Source: Octopus sinensis (Eukaryota). Taken from it: a stretch of DNA of 64,000 bases. The position numbers were made by a program, and so were the translations under genes. The stretch spans positions 16,120,001 to 16,184,000 of the forward strand of contig NC_043005.1 in the NCBI RefSeq assembly GCF_006345805.1. Reading direction: 5' to 3'. The notes beneath the pieces were generated by a model that saw nothing but the letters and a program-made list of their open reading frames with translations, had not been told where the DNA came from and did not search any database. Below are positions 12,790 through 26,126 of the stretch, piece by piece (the first letter of the stretch is position 1; the number at the start of each line of letters is the position of its first letter).

Positions 12790-12875
12790 TGCTGTACGAT
12801 CGTTTCAAGCAACTCCATTTAATTGAACAATGCAAACATTACATCAATTTAAATGCAGAGCAATCCTCAGCTGCA
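12790..12875 (-). ncRNA. Type I hammerhead-like motif, core intact, base of helix II damaged
   Basis: UGCAG-CUGAGGA-(long hairpin)-GAAA-CGAUCG-UA/CAGCA. Confidence 0.55.
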
Positions 12876-12954
12876 TAAATACATAGAATTAAATTAAATT
12901 AAAACAGACGGACACATTAGTAAATTTTACCTAAACCCCTCAAGAAGGTAATTA

Positions 12955-13013
<59 letters not shown>

Positions 13014-13334
13014 TGTATGTATGTTTACCGGAGAGCATTTAGCTCTCAATTTGGTCCCAGGTGCCGGCTAACTACAAAGGTCAGTGTCCAATATCTGTGT
13101 CTACAATAAGTTGTCACTTGGCGAATTGTTATACACACACGCGTGTGTGTTGTGTATATATATATATAGCATAGCTTCTAGAGAAGTTTTCCAATAAAAT
13201 TGCTATATTTGGGAAAAAACTTTTAATCAGAAATAAATAATTATTTAGCAACTCTTTCAAAATAAACGGATCGACACAGAAGAAAGTTTTAGTATGAGCG
13301 ATTTTCACTATTTTCAACTTTTCAAACATTGTGT

Positions 13335-14019
13335 GATAGTTAAGTTTTGAATTAGGAGTCCCAGTAAAAATAATCTTTGACCTTCCTAATCTAAAGATAT
13401 TTTTCTTTATTTTGATAAAGGAAATATTTTGAATCTCCCATCCGCCACAATGTCTAGATGTTCACTTCATGGAGTATTTCTTTGTTGCTTATGTACCCTA
13501 ATCCGATCTATTTACTTTGTTCCTGATTTACTGATATAGTTCTCATTGCATTATGGTTATGTGATGCTGCAAATGAGATTTTGATTTTGTTTTGCAATTC
13601 ATGTTTGTATTAACCTCAAATTCTTTCCCGTTCTTGAATTTTTTGACATTTTGTTATGTACATCATTTATTTTTCTGCTGTAAATTTCTCCTTTGTTAAG
13701 AGTCTTTTAAAACCTGGTAGTTGTTTTCAGCTTTTGATAATTTGTTTCTCGTTAATTATTTTTCTTAGGTTTGACCATTGGTGTAGAGTTGGATATGGGA
13801 AGTTATCGTTTGGCCGGATGTAAAGTGCTGTGAATTCTGGGATTGGGGATGACTAAAAATAAAATATTTCTGTTTGTGTATTCCCCATCCTTGTGAAAGT
13901 TTCTTCATAAGTTAGGGATTGAGATTTGCTTTGCTCCTGTTATGGCATTATTTACTTTTTTTCTGGTATTTTTAGGTTTTGCTGTATTTTTTCCCGGAGG
14001 AATATGCTTTATTCTAGCT

Positions 14020-14078
<59 letters not shown>

Positions 14079-14228
14079 TTTGATATATCAAATTGTTATT
14101 TCTTCTAGCGTGGGATGGGTGGCAAGATATAAAGTCTAAGTATTGATGTGCGTCAATATCCTGGTGGTAGAGATTGGTTGTAAAAGTCCCATATTCCTTA
14201 ATAATCAGAATGTTCTGAAATGGATCCA
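13335..14228 (-). mobile_element. Penelope-like element 1 (RT C-terminus, linker and GIY-YIG), decayed and interrupted by (CT)n
   Basis: PFQNILIIKE...HQYLDFISCHPSH; downstream, with frameshifts, KEFEVNTNMNC, CNENYI, RIRVHKQQ and SEHLDICG. Confidence 0.75.
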
Positions 14229-15570
14229 TCAATGTTATCCACCCCCCTTGTCTCTTCTGCATGTATAGGTTCTTGAGGCACTGCCTTGGTAACATTAATG
14301 GGTATCCAGCACGAATTAAAATGTGGGAGATTTGTATCGGCATACGCAGGGGAGGTCACTGTAATTGTGTCGGAGATGAAGCAGATTGAGGTCATCGGCA
14401 CTGTCCTATGGGACTACTAGACTATAAGAGGAGTCAAAACCAACCAGGAAACGTCAGTGAGCCTGCAACTCATCCCCTAGAGAGGAAAGGCCATGCGTTT
14501 TGATAGCGTCGTGAGGCAATGGGCAGACGGGCCGACTAAATTACTCAGGGTCTGGTTTATTCTATATCTCCAGTTGGAGAAGTATTAGGATGAAGTGAGG
14601 AGTGAGGTGTCCAGTCTCACCCAGAAATGAGCCGAGAAGACGTTATCTCTAAGAGGTCGAGCAAAGATGTCAGTCGCCTACATCGTCTCCGTCATTATTG
14701 ACCGATTTAATCGGTCTGGAGTGTCTGCTCTTCAGCTTATTTGTGGAAGGGATGTGTTCTATTGGCCAGGTGCTCCATTCCTTGTAAACATCTGCTACAT
14801 GGATGACTGGGCATACCGTGGATAATGATGCGCGAATATGCGCTGAGGTTTTTACACTGCTCATCTCTTTGACACAGCCCTGGGTCAAACAAAAACTAAC
14901 ACTGAAAGCTTGACATCTAGATGGCAAGCGCTCACGGATCCCTACAAACTGAGCAATGCCGTAGGTGGAAGTTCCACGTTGGCGTTCTGTAGAGTATTAG
15001 GGATAAGCAAAAGCGACAACATTCTCGGGAAAAATTTAGGCATCGATAAAAATCAACTGGCTGGTCCGTTCCAGAGAACTCATTATCCGGGTTCCAGGAA
15101 TAATTTTTAGCAATTTCCAGCCTAGCAAAGCTATTAATGCGGAGGAATTACCTGTTGGAGCTAAACCTTACAGAGTGTCATCGGCCAAGATTGCTCGCAG
15201 GCAACGTTCTGCGCGCCTACGTCTAGTTCATTGCTAACTGATTTCATGTGCAGGACGGATACAGCAATTAGAGGAGTCTATTGTGCAGATTGTCTTGCTG
15301 CCTTTCTTTAACCGGGAAGTGCAAGCGAGTTTCCTTTGTCTGGCAGCTATGACAAAAAAAGTTGTGTGAAGGACAAGGCTAAGAAAACAAAAGGCATCTA
15401 ATGAGAGCATGACCTTCTCGGTGAAGCTCTCATTACCTTTAAAGCTCCAGCTAGAAAGGAAGGTGAGGGTGAAGATGGAGATGCTCTCTTCCGGTAAATT
15501 TCTTACAACATGGATGACAATGGCGATAAGGGTAAGAGTGACTCATTATGTGCCTGTAGATTGGTGAACG
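14229..15570 (+). mobile_element. L1/Tx1-type LINE ORF2 fragment, decayed
   Basis: Decayed QGCPLSPLL-like motif, then FVSAYAGEVTVIVS (YADD box), WADGPTKLLRVWF, LQLEK, LSLRGRA and C-terminal LERKVRVKMEMLSSGKF. Confidence 0.75.
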
Positions 15571-15825
15571 ACAATTGGGAGGGAATACATGTTCTTGGTT
15601 GTTAAGATGATGTTAAATCTACGAAGGCTCCTTGAACGGCTCTGGTTGGACGTTCTACTTCTTGTATCAGGAGGATTGCATCTTCATTTATTTCTATACT
15701 ATGTATATTTTTATACCAACCTTTGCTATTTCCTCGTTCTATTTTTACGTCAACTAACACAATTTACATCTTCGTTCTTTGAAATATTCCCCTTTCAACC
15801 CGTTAGAGAAATCACATTTATTGTC

Positions 15826-16095
15826 CTGTATAACCCACCACGACTACCACCACAACACCACCGCTATCACCACTAATACCACCGCCACCACCGCCGCCAC
15901 CACCACCACCACCACCACCACTATCACCATCATCATCATTATCTTCCACCATCTTCACCACCACCACCGCCACCGCCGCCGTCAGCAGCAGCACCACAAC
16001 CACCACCACCACCATCATCATCATCGTCATCTCTGTCGTTGTCATCATCATCCTTCATCCGTCCATCCTTTTTTCTATCACATAAAATTCTTCCT

Positions 16096-16126
<31 letters not shown>

Positions 16127-16355
16127 CACACTTGCTTCACTATTTAACACGTATCCATATGACACATTGCAAATTCCCTCTTCCTACTCCCCATCGTCTT
16201 ACCCTATTTCCCCCCTCCTCCGATCATCTTCGTCCTCTACTTCTCTCCCTTTCTTTTATCTTTCCTTAGTTCCTTCATTTCTAATGTCCACCAATTCCAT
16301 ACAAACACATGTTCTTACAGCTTATGTTATCACGTTCTCTTCGTTTCTGTTTACT

Positions 16356-16426
<71 letters not shown>

Positions 16427-16529
16427 GTCTGTCTGTCTGTCTGTGTATCCATTTATCTATCTACTTATCTTTCTATCCATCTATCTATATATCTATCTAC
16501 CTATACATCGATTTATCTGTCTGTTTGTA

Positions 16530-16574
<45 letters not shown>

Positions 16575-16588
16575 CTATCTATCTATAT

Positions 16589-16639
<51 letters not shown>

Positions 16640-16727
16640 CTGTCTGTCTGTCTATCTATCTATCTACTTATCTATCTATCTAGCTAGCTAGCTATCTGTT
16701 TGTCTGTCTATCTATTTATCTACCTAC

Positions 16728-16779
<52 letters not shown>

Positions 16780-16900
16780 ATATTTATCTATCTATCTATC
16801 TATCTGTCTGTCTGTCTGTTTGTCTGTTTGTCTTTTGGCTTGCTTATCTATCTGTCTGCGTTCTATCTGTCTAGATGCTTCTCTTTCCTGCCTGCCTGTG
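15826..16900. repeat. (CAC/CAT)n, (CA)n and (ATCT/GTCT)n tracts with short spacers
   Basis: Directly visible. Confidence 0.85.
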
Positions 16901-17179
16901 ATCTATCTGTCTGCCAGAATGTTTGTATGTCTTTGTATCTCATGTTTGTGTGCCTGTTTGTCTCTCTCTCGCTCTTTTCCCATTTATATATGGGTGTGTA
17001 TGTATGTCTGCCTGCATGTTTATCTGAGACAATTTTTATCAATCTGCCTGCCTGGCCCTTGCAGTCTGCCAAATGTTTCATAGAATCAGGAAATAGGTAT
17101 ATGTCACTCAAAACACCCTATTAATTATTAACACACATATTCATACATAAAGTGTGGCACACACACACACACACACACT

Positions 17180-17269
<90 letters not shown>

Positions 17270-17339
17270 AGCACAATTTATAGCTGTGATGGCATTCCAC
17301 GTTTTTAGTGTCATTTTATTAATTATATTTTGGTTGTCT

Positions 17340-17536
17340 AAGGCGGCGAGCTGGCAGAAGCGTTAATACGCCGGAGTTCAAAATTCCGCCGAGGTCGACT
17401 TTGCCTTTCATCCTTTCAGGGTCGATAAATTAAATACCAGTTACGCACTGAGGTCGATGCAATCGACTTAATCCCTTTGTCTGTCCTTGTTTGTCCTCAT
17501 CTATGTTTAGCCCCTTGTGGGCAATAAAGAAATAAG
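17340..17536 (+). mobile_element. SINE family C with an internal head deletion
   Basis: AAGGCGGCGAGCTGGCAG...GAGTTCAAATTCCGCCGAGGTCGAC...GGCAATAAAGAAATAA. Confidence 0.85.
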
Positions 17537-18500
17537 AAACGTTAGTACGCCTGCATCTTGCAGCTCACCTGCGACGGACCGGCGTCCCGTCAAGGTGGGA
17601 AACCTATACGCCAAGGAAACCAGGAAACCGGCCCTTATGAGCCAGGCATTGCTCGAGAAGGTGCAATAAATTGATTACACTTCTGCAAATACACAAAATG
17701 CTTCAACAATTTTTAATAAAATGCCTAATGATATGTAAATTATTTTTAAAAAATAGGAATTTTTAACCATCAAATGGCTAGGAGGGGCCATCAGAGTAAA
17801 ATAGGAAATAAAATGGTTGAGAAATACCGGTTTGATCGACAGAAACTAACAGAGCGATGCAATAAAGTCAACAACAGAAAACATGTTTGTTCATACAGAG
17901 GAAGCCGAACAAGTTAGATGTCAGCTTAGTATTAGTGGCCAATGCACTTAACCCTTTCTCTTGTAATCATTGTGATCCCTAAAGCAGCTGTTTATCGCAT
18001 ATCTCGTTTCCGCAGTGCTGAGTAGATGAAACATAAATATCCGTCTGGGTAGCATCCTGGTCTATGACCGATAGCATTTCTCTGGGGTGGATGAGGGTGA
18101 AATGATTGAACTGACTAGTCATTGCGAAACAGCAAATATTTTAGAGAATTCTCTGCAATGATTATACCAAACTTAGAGGTTCCATTAGAGTAGAAACAAA
18201 GCAAATAAATAAGTAAACATCCCCCCAAAACAATCTTTTATCTTATGTTTGTCTTAGTCATTGGACTGCGGCCATGCTGGGGCTGTAGCAGTGCTTAATA
18301 TAAAGTCTGGTACTTATTCTATCGGTCACCTTTAGCGAACAGCTATGTTATGGATCCATAAACAAACCGCCAACGTTTGTCAAGCAGTGACAACTGAATA
18401 AACACAGATATACCCACACAAATATATATATATATATATACATACATACACATACACGCACACACACATATATTTATGAATATACATATATATACACATA

Positions 18501-18792
18501 TAGTGGAGGCGCAATGGCCCAGTGGTTAGGGCAGCGGACTCGCGGTTTCGATTCCCAGACCGGGCGTTGTGAGTGTTTATTGAGCGAAAACACCTAAAAG
18601 CTCCACGAGGCTCCGGCAGGGATGGTGGTGATCCCTGCTGTACTCTTTCACCACTCTTTCTTCTGTTGGCCTGCTCGCTTAGCCAGCGGGGTGGCGTCAT
18701 TCGAAGGCTAAAACAATGCGAACGTATTGTGACCAGCGATGTGTAACTACATCTGATGGACTGGTCGGTCACGTGATCACGGTTACGTGATA
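18501..18792 (+). mobile_element. SINE family D head with tail Y
   Basis: A box TGGCCCAGTGG, B box GTTTCGATTCCC; tail GGCCTGCTCGCTTAGCCAGC...GGTCGGTCACGTGAT also seen inverted at 33847-33960. Confidence 0.85.
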
Positions 18793-18814
18793 TACACATA
18801 TATATAAATATAAA

Positions 18815-19198
18815 CGAGTGCTCAATACCGCATTGGTAGATATAATTTCTTTATTTGAACGAGTTGCCCGTCAATCCGATATACGTCTTTGCTATTCTGT
18901 TGTGGTCCATGATCTTGGCCTTGTATACGAGTTCTTTCTGGAGACAGTTGTTCTTTAGAGGGAAGTGGTTTGGGGATCTACAACTGCATTGCATTTCGGA
19001 AGTGTTTCTGGTGTGTTTATTATTGTGATTGAGTATTATTGACCCTATATTGGGGAGGCAACTATAGATGACTTTAACAGTATTTCTGTTGAAAATCTTC
19101 TTGTATTTGTATGAATGCGGAAACTGGTTGTCTATTAGTTTTAAGAATTTCCTAGCTATTTTTGTAGCTACATTCATGCTGCTACTGCTACTACTACA

Positions 19199-19268
<70 letters not shown>

Positions 19269-19452
19269 GATTTCAACAACTTTTACACATACATATATTA
19301 CATACACACTTATATATGCTGAAGCTAAAGTGATGAAACTGTTGTCAGCAATCGACATCTGTTGAAGTAAATGTCGTGCAGAGCAAGACGCATGTTAGAT
19401 ATAAAATATATATGTTCATTGTGTGCGTGTTGTAGTAGTAGTAGTAGTAGTG

Positions 19453-19489
<37 letters not shown>

Positions 19490-19856
19490 CAGCAGCAGCA
19501 GCAGTAGCAGTAGTAGTATTAGTAGTAGTATAAGGTGGATTAAACCAGAGGATTTTCCTGTGTCTGCGTCGTTTTAGTCTATTTATATTTGGTTCAATGT
19601 AGTATATGCTATTCTTAAATTTGGACCTTTCTAATGTAGCATTATAACATGGGACGGTTTTTTCAAAAGTGTTTTTGCTGGTGGATAAATTGGAGATGCG
19701 CCTGCTAATGTTGTTAATCATTTGTTTAATCACTGCTGGTCGGTTGCTGGAACCTATGTCTATATACGAGGCTTCCTCGTTTGGTTTGTGGTAGGGTTTA
19801 ACTTTTCTTGTGTTAAGATTCATGTTAATGTCTAGAAACACAACATCTGGTGTCAT
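18815..19856 (-). mobile_element. Penelope-like element 2 (RT C-terminus to GIY-YIG), split by a 349-bp insert
   Basis: VFLDINMNL...KPYHKPN...RKILWFNPPY | SMNVATKIARKFLKLID...KIFNRNTVKVIYSCLPN...CSCR...LVYKA...TYIGLTGNSFK. Confidence 0.85.
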
Positions 19857-20590
19857 TCAGAGACAAGAATATAAAACCATGCAATATCCTTGCCAAATAT
19901 GATATGGACATTGAAAGAAGGTAGAATAAACATGTGAACTAAATGTGAACTAAACATTATACAATCAACATATAACATCCTAAACGTTAAAGATGAAACC
20001 TCTCCCTATATACACAAGCAATACTTTACCCTGAAATATTTCAAACAAAAGCCACTCTCAGCAACGGTAATCCCATCAGGATAGCCTCTTTAACGTGAAT
20101 TCTGAACACACATAGCATACTAACTCCACTAACAGAAGAAATATGCCCAAATGACGAACTACCTCAGCATGCAAGTATAAGAACACCGTATCCAGAATAA
20201 AAACAAAAGAATGCAAGCAAATTGACCACATAATTTGCCCGATAGACAAATCCTAGGAAACAAACATCCGAAAGATGCCACCCAAGCGTAACGTCCCTTG
20301 ATTCATTGTTCTCTTCACGTAAATTCACGAGAATCTCTGCGAACTAAAGGAGGCTGTGTTTTCCAGAATGAAGGCGAACGCCTTCCTTTGTGTGACTGGC
20401 TTGAAATTTGATAAGATACTAGGATATTTTCCTACTTTTCTTAACATGAAACCAATGGTAGCCTTAATTCACAAACGTGTGTGTGTCTGTGTGCGTGCAC
20501 GCGCGCTAACGACAGCATTAGAGCGGTTTAGCTCTTAGTTCTAGCATTTGCAATATATATATCTAATTAATATAAATAATATATATATAG

Positions 20591-20635
<45 letters not shown>

Positions 20636-20648
20636 ATATATACCATAG

Positions 20649-20716
<68 letters not shown>

Positions 20717-20868
20717 ATATATATAGATGTGTGTATTTTTCCCTTGTTAACAGTAAACACCGAAAAATATATAAATAGTTAGCAGGGTAGCAAAAAATCA
20801 CACAAGTAAAAAGGTTGTAACTCCGTGTTTTTAAAGATAGAAACTTCGGGTTTACGCGAAATATTTTG

Positions 20869-21045
20869 TAGCCACTACGCACACTTTTTTCTCTCCTTGT
20901 TTTTTCTGTGTACCTTTCTGTAGAAGAGCGTAGACTCGAAACGTAAAAGACTTTTTCTATTCCTGAGCGCTATACTAATACATCTGTTTGTTTTGTACAC
21001 CACCTGTCTTCGTCTTTTGTTTTTTTTCGTAAACTTTCCCTTTAT
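20869..21045 (+). mobile_element. Variant-hammerhead element, copy 2
   Basis: CTTT-CTGTAGA-A-GAGCGTAGACTC-GAAACGTA-AAAG at 20914-20949. Confidence 0.8.
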
Positions 21046-21150
21046 ATACATAAATAAATAAATGGAGTTAAACGATTAACTATGTTTTGAAACAATCTTA
21101 ACAGCGTTCATTTAATCACTATACATGTCCATCATTTTCTGTTAAAATGT

Positions 21151-21246
21151 CTTATTGACGAGTTTCATTTCTTCACTTCCCTGAAGTTTTACACCATTTT
21201 ATTCTTTTGGATTAATATCAGTGAATCTTCGAAACATGTGTCGAAG
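21151..21246 (+). ncRNA. Decayed type I hammerhead-like motif
   Basis: CUUA-UUGACGA-G...C-GAAA-CAUGUG-UC/GAAG; C3U substitution and one helix I mismatch. Confidence 0.4.
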
Positions 21247-21324
21247 TAAAAGAATTTGAATACACCTTCGTTAACTCCATTTATATATATATATATATTA
21301 TATATATATATATATATATATTAT

Positions 21325-21735
21325 TCCTTTCACTTATTCTAGTCATTAGGTGCAGCCATGCTGGGGCATCGCCTTGGAGCGTTTAGTCAAACAAATCGCT
21401 CCCAATTCTTATTTCTCAAATCTGCTTACTTATTCTTTGGGTCTCTTCTAGCCAAACAGCTAAGTTACATGGGCATAAACAAGCCAACACTGGTTGCCAA
21501 GCAGTGGTGGCGGGGTGGGGGGGGTATTACAAACACAAAGACACACACACATAGGTATGTATACACACATATATATCACGGTCTACTTACTGTGTCTGTC
21601 TATCAAATCCACTCACGTGGCTTGGGTCTGCTCGGGGATGCGGTAGAAGACACTTGCCCCAGGTGCCACGCAGTGACACTGAACTCAAAACCATGTGATT
21701 GGAAAAACAAGTTCTACCACAACAGCCATGCAGGA
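21325..21735 (-). mobile_element. SINE family A, diverged, near full length
   Basis: All modules recognisable. Confidence 0.75.
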
Positions 21736-23494
21736 CTTCTGGGGTGGTGTGTGGTGTGTGTGAGTGTGTGTGTGTGTGTGTGCACAGACACATTTTCGCC
21801 AACCAAATTTCACTCTTAAACTCAATGATCATCTCGAGGATATGGCAGACGCCGTATAATGGAATCGAACACTAGGCCACGTTGGTTGCGATGCGATATT
21901 CTTAACCGTATATCTTTGCATACACCCGTAACTACTCTGGGATTGATTTCTTAATGAAATACAGTACTTGTGTAAAAAAAGAAAAGAAAAGAAAACAGAA
22001 ACAAAAAAAGCTAAAACAACGTTGCATCATTAAAATAGGTTTTTAACGCCATAAACACGATGATAGATTTGTTAGTTGTCTAAAAATACGAACTGGGTAG
22101 ATTAGTTCTACCGAGAAAAAAAATTAAATAAATTATAAAACAATTTAGAGAATATTCACTTTTTGTACAATTATAAGAAATTTGAACCAACGTTGGTATT
22201 TAATAAAATACACTTCAGCCTCTTGGGGAAGAAAACAGGAGACCAGATTAAAATAAAAATTCAACAGAAGTGTAGATTCCGCTTTGTGATAATTGATATT
22301 TTAACTTGTTTTAATCACGTTTAATAACAATTTATGATTTATTGCTGTTTCAACCAACAATGACATTTAAATAACTATCCTGAAGTAGTTTATTTCTTTG
22401 TCAAATAAAATTCTATTTATTATTAGATTCAGTGTTTTATATACTGTAACTGAAAGCGATAGGTTGAAGTAATGTTTTAGTTTTTTTAGGAGTAGAATCT
22501 CGCATAAGGAATAAAAGAAACGAATGATTAAAATCGCATTTGTTTTAAACAAGGAACGAAAGCCCTTCAATATGGAAGAATAGAACGGCAGTATGTTCAT
22601 AATTTTATTCTTTTTGTACATGCGCATTAACAGCGCCTCGTAGTTTCGATGTGTAAAAAGCTTCCATTTTGCTCTCTAACACTCGACGCGAATAAATTGA
22701 TATAAATTAATATTTTACTTTCTACGATATACAGATTTTTCTCACCCTGCTTACTTATTATGTTTCAGAGGGATTTAATAATCTTTTTTTTTTAACGTCA
22801 GTTTCTTAACTCTAAAACTCAGTGCGTATTCAGCATGGTTTCAAATTTCACGAAGTCCACGAAATACGGTTTAAAATTCCAATTTTGGCGCCGTCCGTTT
22901 TAACGCCACCTACACTAACTGTGCCAAATAAACGAGCTTCTATGTGGTACCTTAAGATGCCTAAATAGCTACCAAATGTCTCTCAAACCACACCCTATCG
23001 AAAAGTAGGCTGGACAACGTAGTTCTGGATATGCTATGTTTGGATAAAAGTTAAGATAGATTGTCAAGAGGGAAAGCTGTTAACCATAAATTGGTTTGAT
23101 CAGTGTTTTCGGGAGTTAAACACAGACTCACACACTTACACACTCGCACACGCATAAACACACATGCACATTCTCACACAGAAAAGCACCCTCTGGTCCC
23201 TGATTGCTTTAACGAATTTCACCCGGTTTCATCCTTCCCAAATCTGTTTTGATGGCATAAACCTGTTGATATTGATCAGCTGAACATGATCAATGAGACT
23301 ACTTAAATGATTTTTTGTCATGGTTTAGGAATTGACTGCCCTTTTAGCATGCAAGAAGTCCACGTGGTGGTCTTTTCTCCGTGTATAAATTTGTATACAC
23401 TCTTATATTATGAAAATATATATGTCTTCTGGCTATTGCCACGCATGCTAAGAACTGGTACAAATTATTATTTTAATAGTTTTAACCCTTGTGA

Positions 23495-23569
<75 letters not shown>

Positions 23570-23574
<5 letters not shown>

Positions 23575-23762
23575 TGGGGAATTCACAAAAAAAACAAGAG
23601 ACGAAGACAGGTGGTGTAGACAACGAACAGATGTATTAGTTTAACGCTCGGGAGTGAAAAAGTCCTTAAAGTTTCGAGCCTACGCTCTTCAACAGAAAGG
23701 AAAACGGAAAGAAACAAGGAGGAGAAAATAAGAATGTGTAGTGGCTAGCGATCTATCATGAT
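23570..23762 (-). mobile_element. Variant-hammerhead element, copy 3
   Basis: Reverse complement CCTTTCTGTTGAAGAGCGTAGGCTCGAAACTTTAAGG at 23664-23700. Confidence 0.8.
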
Positions 23763-24121
23763 ATATAGTCAATAATAATTATATAACGTAATATATATAT
23801 ATATATATATATAGATATATATATAGATATATATATATATATATCTATATATATAATAGAAATGTTTCAAAAAGAAAATAGAAACTACATGTGGAAAAGA
23901 TATGGGGAAAGTAAGAAGAAAAAAAGCAAAAATCCACATTGAATATCAAAAAATAAAGGCGTTTTAATGAAAATTAGCGATAAATAAATACAATTAGATG
24001 AACTGAGGTAGAATTAAGAGGAATTAAATTCATTATTTTGAATTGTTAAAGAGATTCAAAGTCAAACCGGTGTCGTCATTGTTGCTTACTGGCTCTGAAA
24101 ATGTATACATACATACATACA

Positions 24122-24174
<53 letters not shown>

Positions 24175-24175
<1 letters not shown>

Positions 24176-24392
24176 ACGGGAAGCTTTATGAAAATAGACA
24201 TAAGACGAAGGCAGGTGGAAAACAAACGAACAATTGTATTAGTATGGCGCTCAGGAAATATAAATGAAACAAGTCTTTAACGTTTCGAGCCTACGCTCTT
24301 CAACAGAAAGATACACAGAGAGAAAAAAAAAAAAACACAGAAAGAAGGAGAGAAAAAAATGCGTGCAGTAGCTAACGAATCAACATGGCGAA
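24175..24392 (-). mobile_element. Variant-hammerhead element, copy 4 (best preserved motif)
   Basis: Reverse complement TCTTT-CTGTTGA-A-GAGCGTAGGCTC-GAAACGTT-AAAGA at 24274-24311. Confidence 0.8.
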
Positions 24393-26126
24393 GTATATAT
24401 ATATATATATAAAACAAAATGGGACTTGAACGCAAAACATCCAGACAGTTAGGTGATACAAAAAAGGGACAACCCAACAACCAGCTAGACGATACAAAGA
24501 AAACAATGACGGGTCATTTGGAGTTTACTTTCCTCAGTCGAGTTCAAAATTATCTTTGCAATTTCGGCTGGTTATACTTGAGATTGCTCCAATCTGGCCA
24601 TCACCAAGGAAAAACTAAGCTAAGAGCATTAGATTCCCCGGAAGAAAGCAGCGAATATATTCAAAAACAAGGACAGAAAAAAAACGAGAATGTTACACAA
24701 ATACAAATAACAGGACATAACAACAGGTGTCTTTCGACTAAGGACGAATTTAATTAAGCTGGCGTGTGTGGAAATATAGCCTTACGGCAGGGATATAAGA
24801 TTTCACAGGCACAGGGAGGAATATAGATGTTGCACGGGCGATTGTCGAACCAAGAAAGAAGGATCAGGTTTGGCCGAACACCGGTCACGTGGGGAGAGAA
24901 GAGATAGTAGTAGAGGCAGAGGGACAGAAGAAATAAGGAGGAGCGAGAAAGAAATGAAAGGGACACAGTGAAGTGAAAAGAGGAGGGAAAGTGAGCAAGA
25001 AGAGAAGGCGGGGGAATATGAGAGAGGAGGAACGAAAGAACGAAGAGTTGAATGAACGAATAAGCGTGAAAGGGCTGATAGAAAAAAAGTATAGAGTCGT
25101 ACAAGATTTTGATAAATATATACTTATATATTAGAGACCAAAGTGTACGTACGCTGCTACATATATATAATTATTCATATAAAATACAGTGTACAGTGAA
25201 TAATATATAGTCTATTGACTAACTTTTCTATACGCTAGGCCACTGGTAGTAAAAATTTCTAAAATCCTTATTACCTTGATATTATTAATTATATATATAT
25301 ATATGGTGGCTGCCCTCTCGTTATCGAGTATGGCCATTGCGTGAAGCTTAATCAATGTTGTTATCGTGCAATGACTGTGCAAGAAGATTTTAAAGTGAGG
25401 AAAGGCTGTGCACTGAGTCAATCCCACTCACTAAGCAACAGCAGCCATAATCCGAAAAGAAGAACAAGTCAACATCATCGGTAACCACTGAACCGCAGGT
25501 TTTATGTCAGAGTTATCCCAGTTACCTGAGTTACCTTCTCCTAGAAGGATGCCTAACAAAGGCTAGGAGTCCTTCACTCCCAATGGTCTAACCGCGCGAT
25601 CGGGTCATCCGTTAATTATTTCTATTTTTTTGTCTCTGCGCATGATACAGCCTTAAGACATTTATTGGATGGCCGTTGACTCTCAAGAGTTCCTCCGCCC
25701 TTTGACGGGTTTTGTTTTTCATCCCGCAGGGTGTCCAATAAACACCCTCCTCACCAAGCAAACTATATACATATACAAACACACACACGCACACATATAT
25801 ATGTCTATATACCATGTATATTCAAGTGCTAGGTAGTAAGGCGACGAAGTGGGTTCACTGCCTATGGCTACCTGATGCCATCCACAGTATTTACACAATT
25901 GTCGCTGGATCTACCTCAGGAGTTCTTCAATGTTCGTTGAGTACATATCAAATGATAGAGACGGAAAATGGAACATAGGAGAAAATAAAGTTTCTAGTAG
26001 ATTCCAATTTCTGTCCTTACCATTTGTTATATGTATAGATATATACAGTTCCCTATTTAAGAGATGAGATATTATGTACATTATTTACATTCGATGGATA
26101 TTTGCCCTTCATTTTGTTTGTTGTTT

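Noticed and set aside
24500-24620. CUGAGGA motif in an unclassified repeat
   Set aside because: No downstream GAAA and NUH with a matching helix I
25300-25790. Possible RTE-like 5' UTR fragment
   Set aside because: The resemblance is from memory of a short motif only, with no coding support
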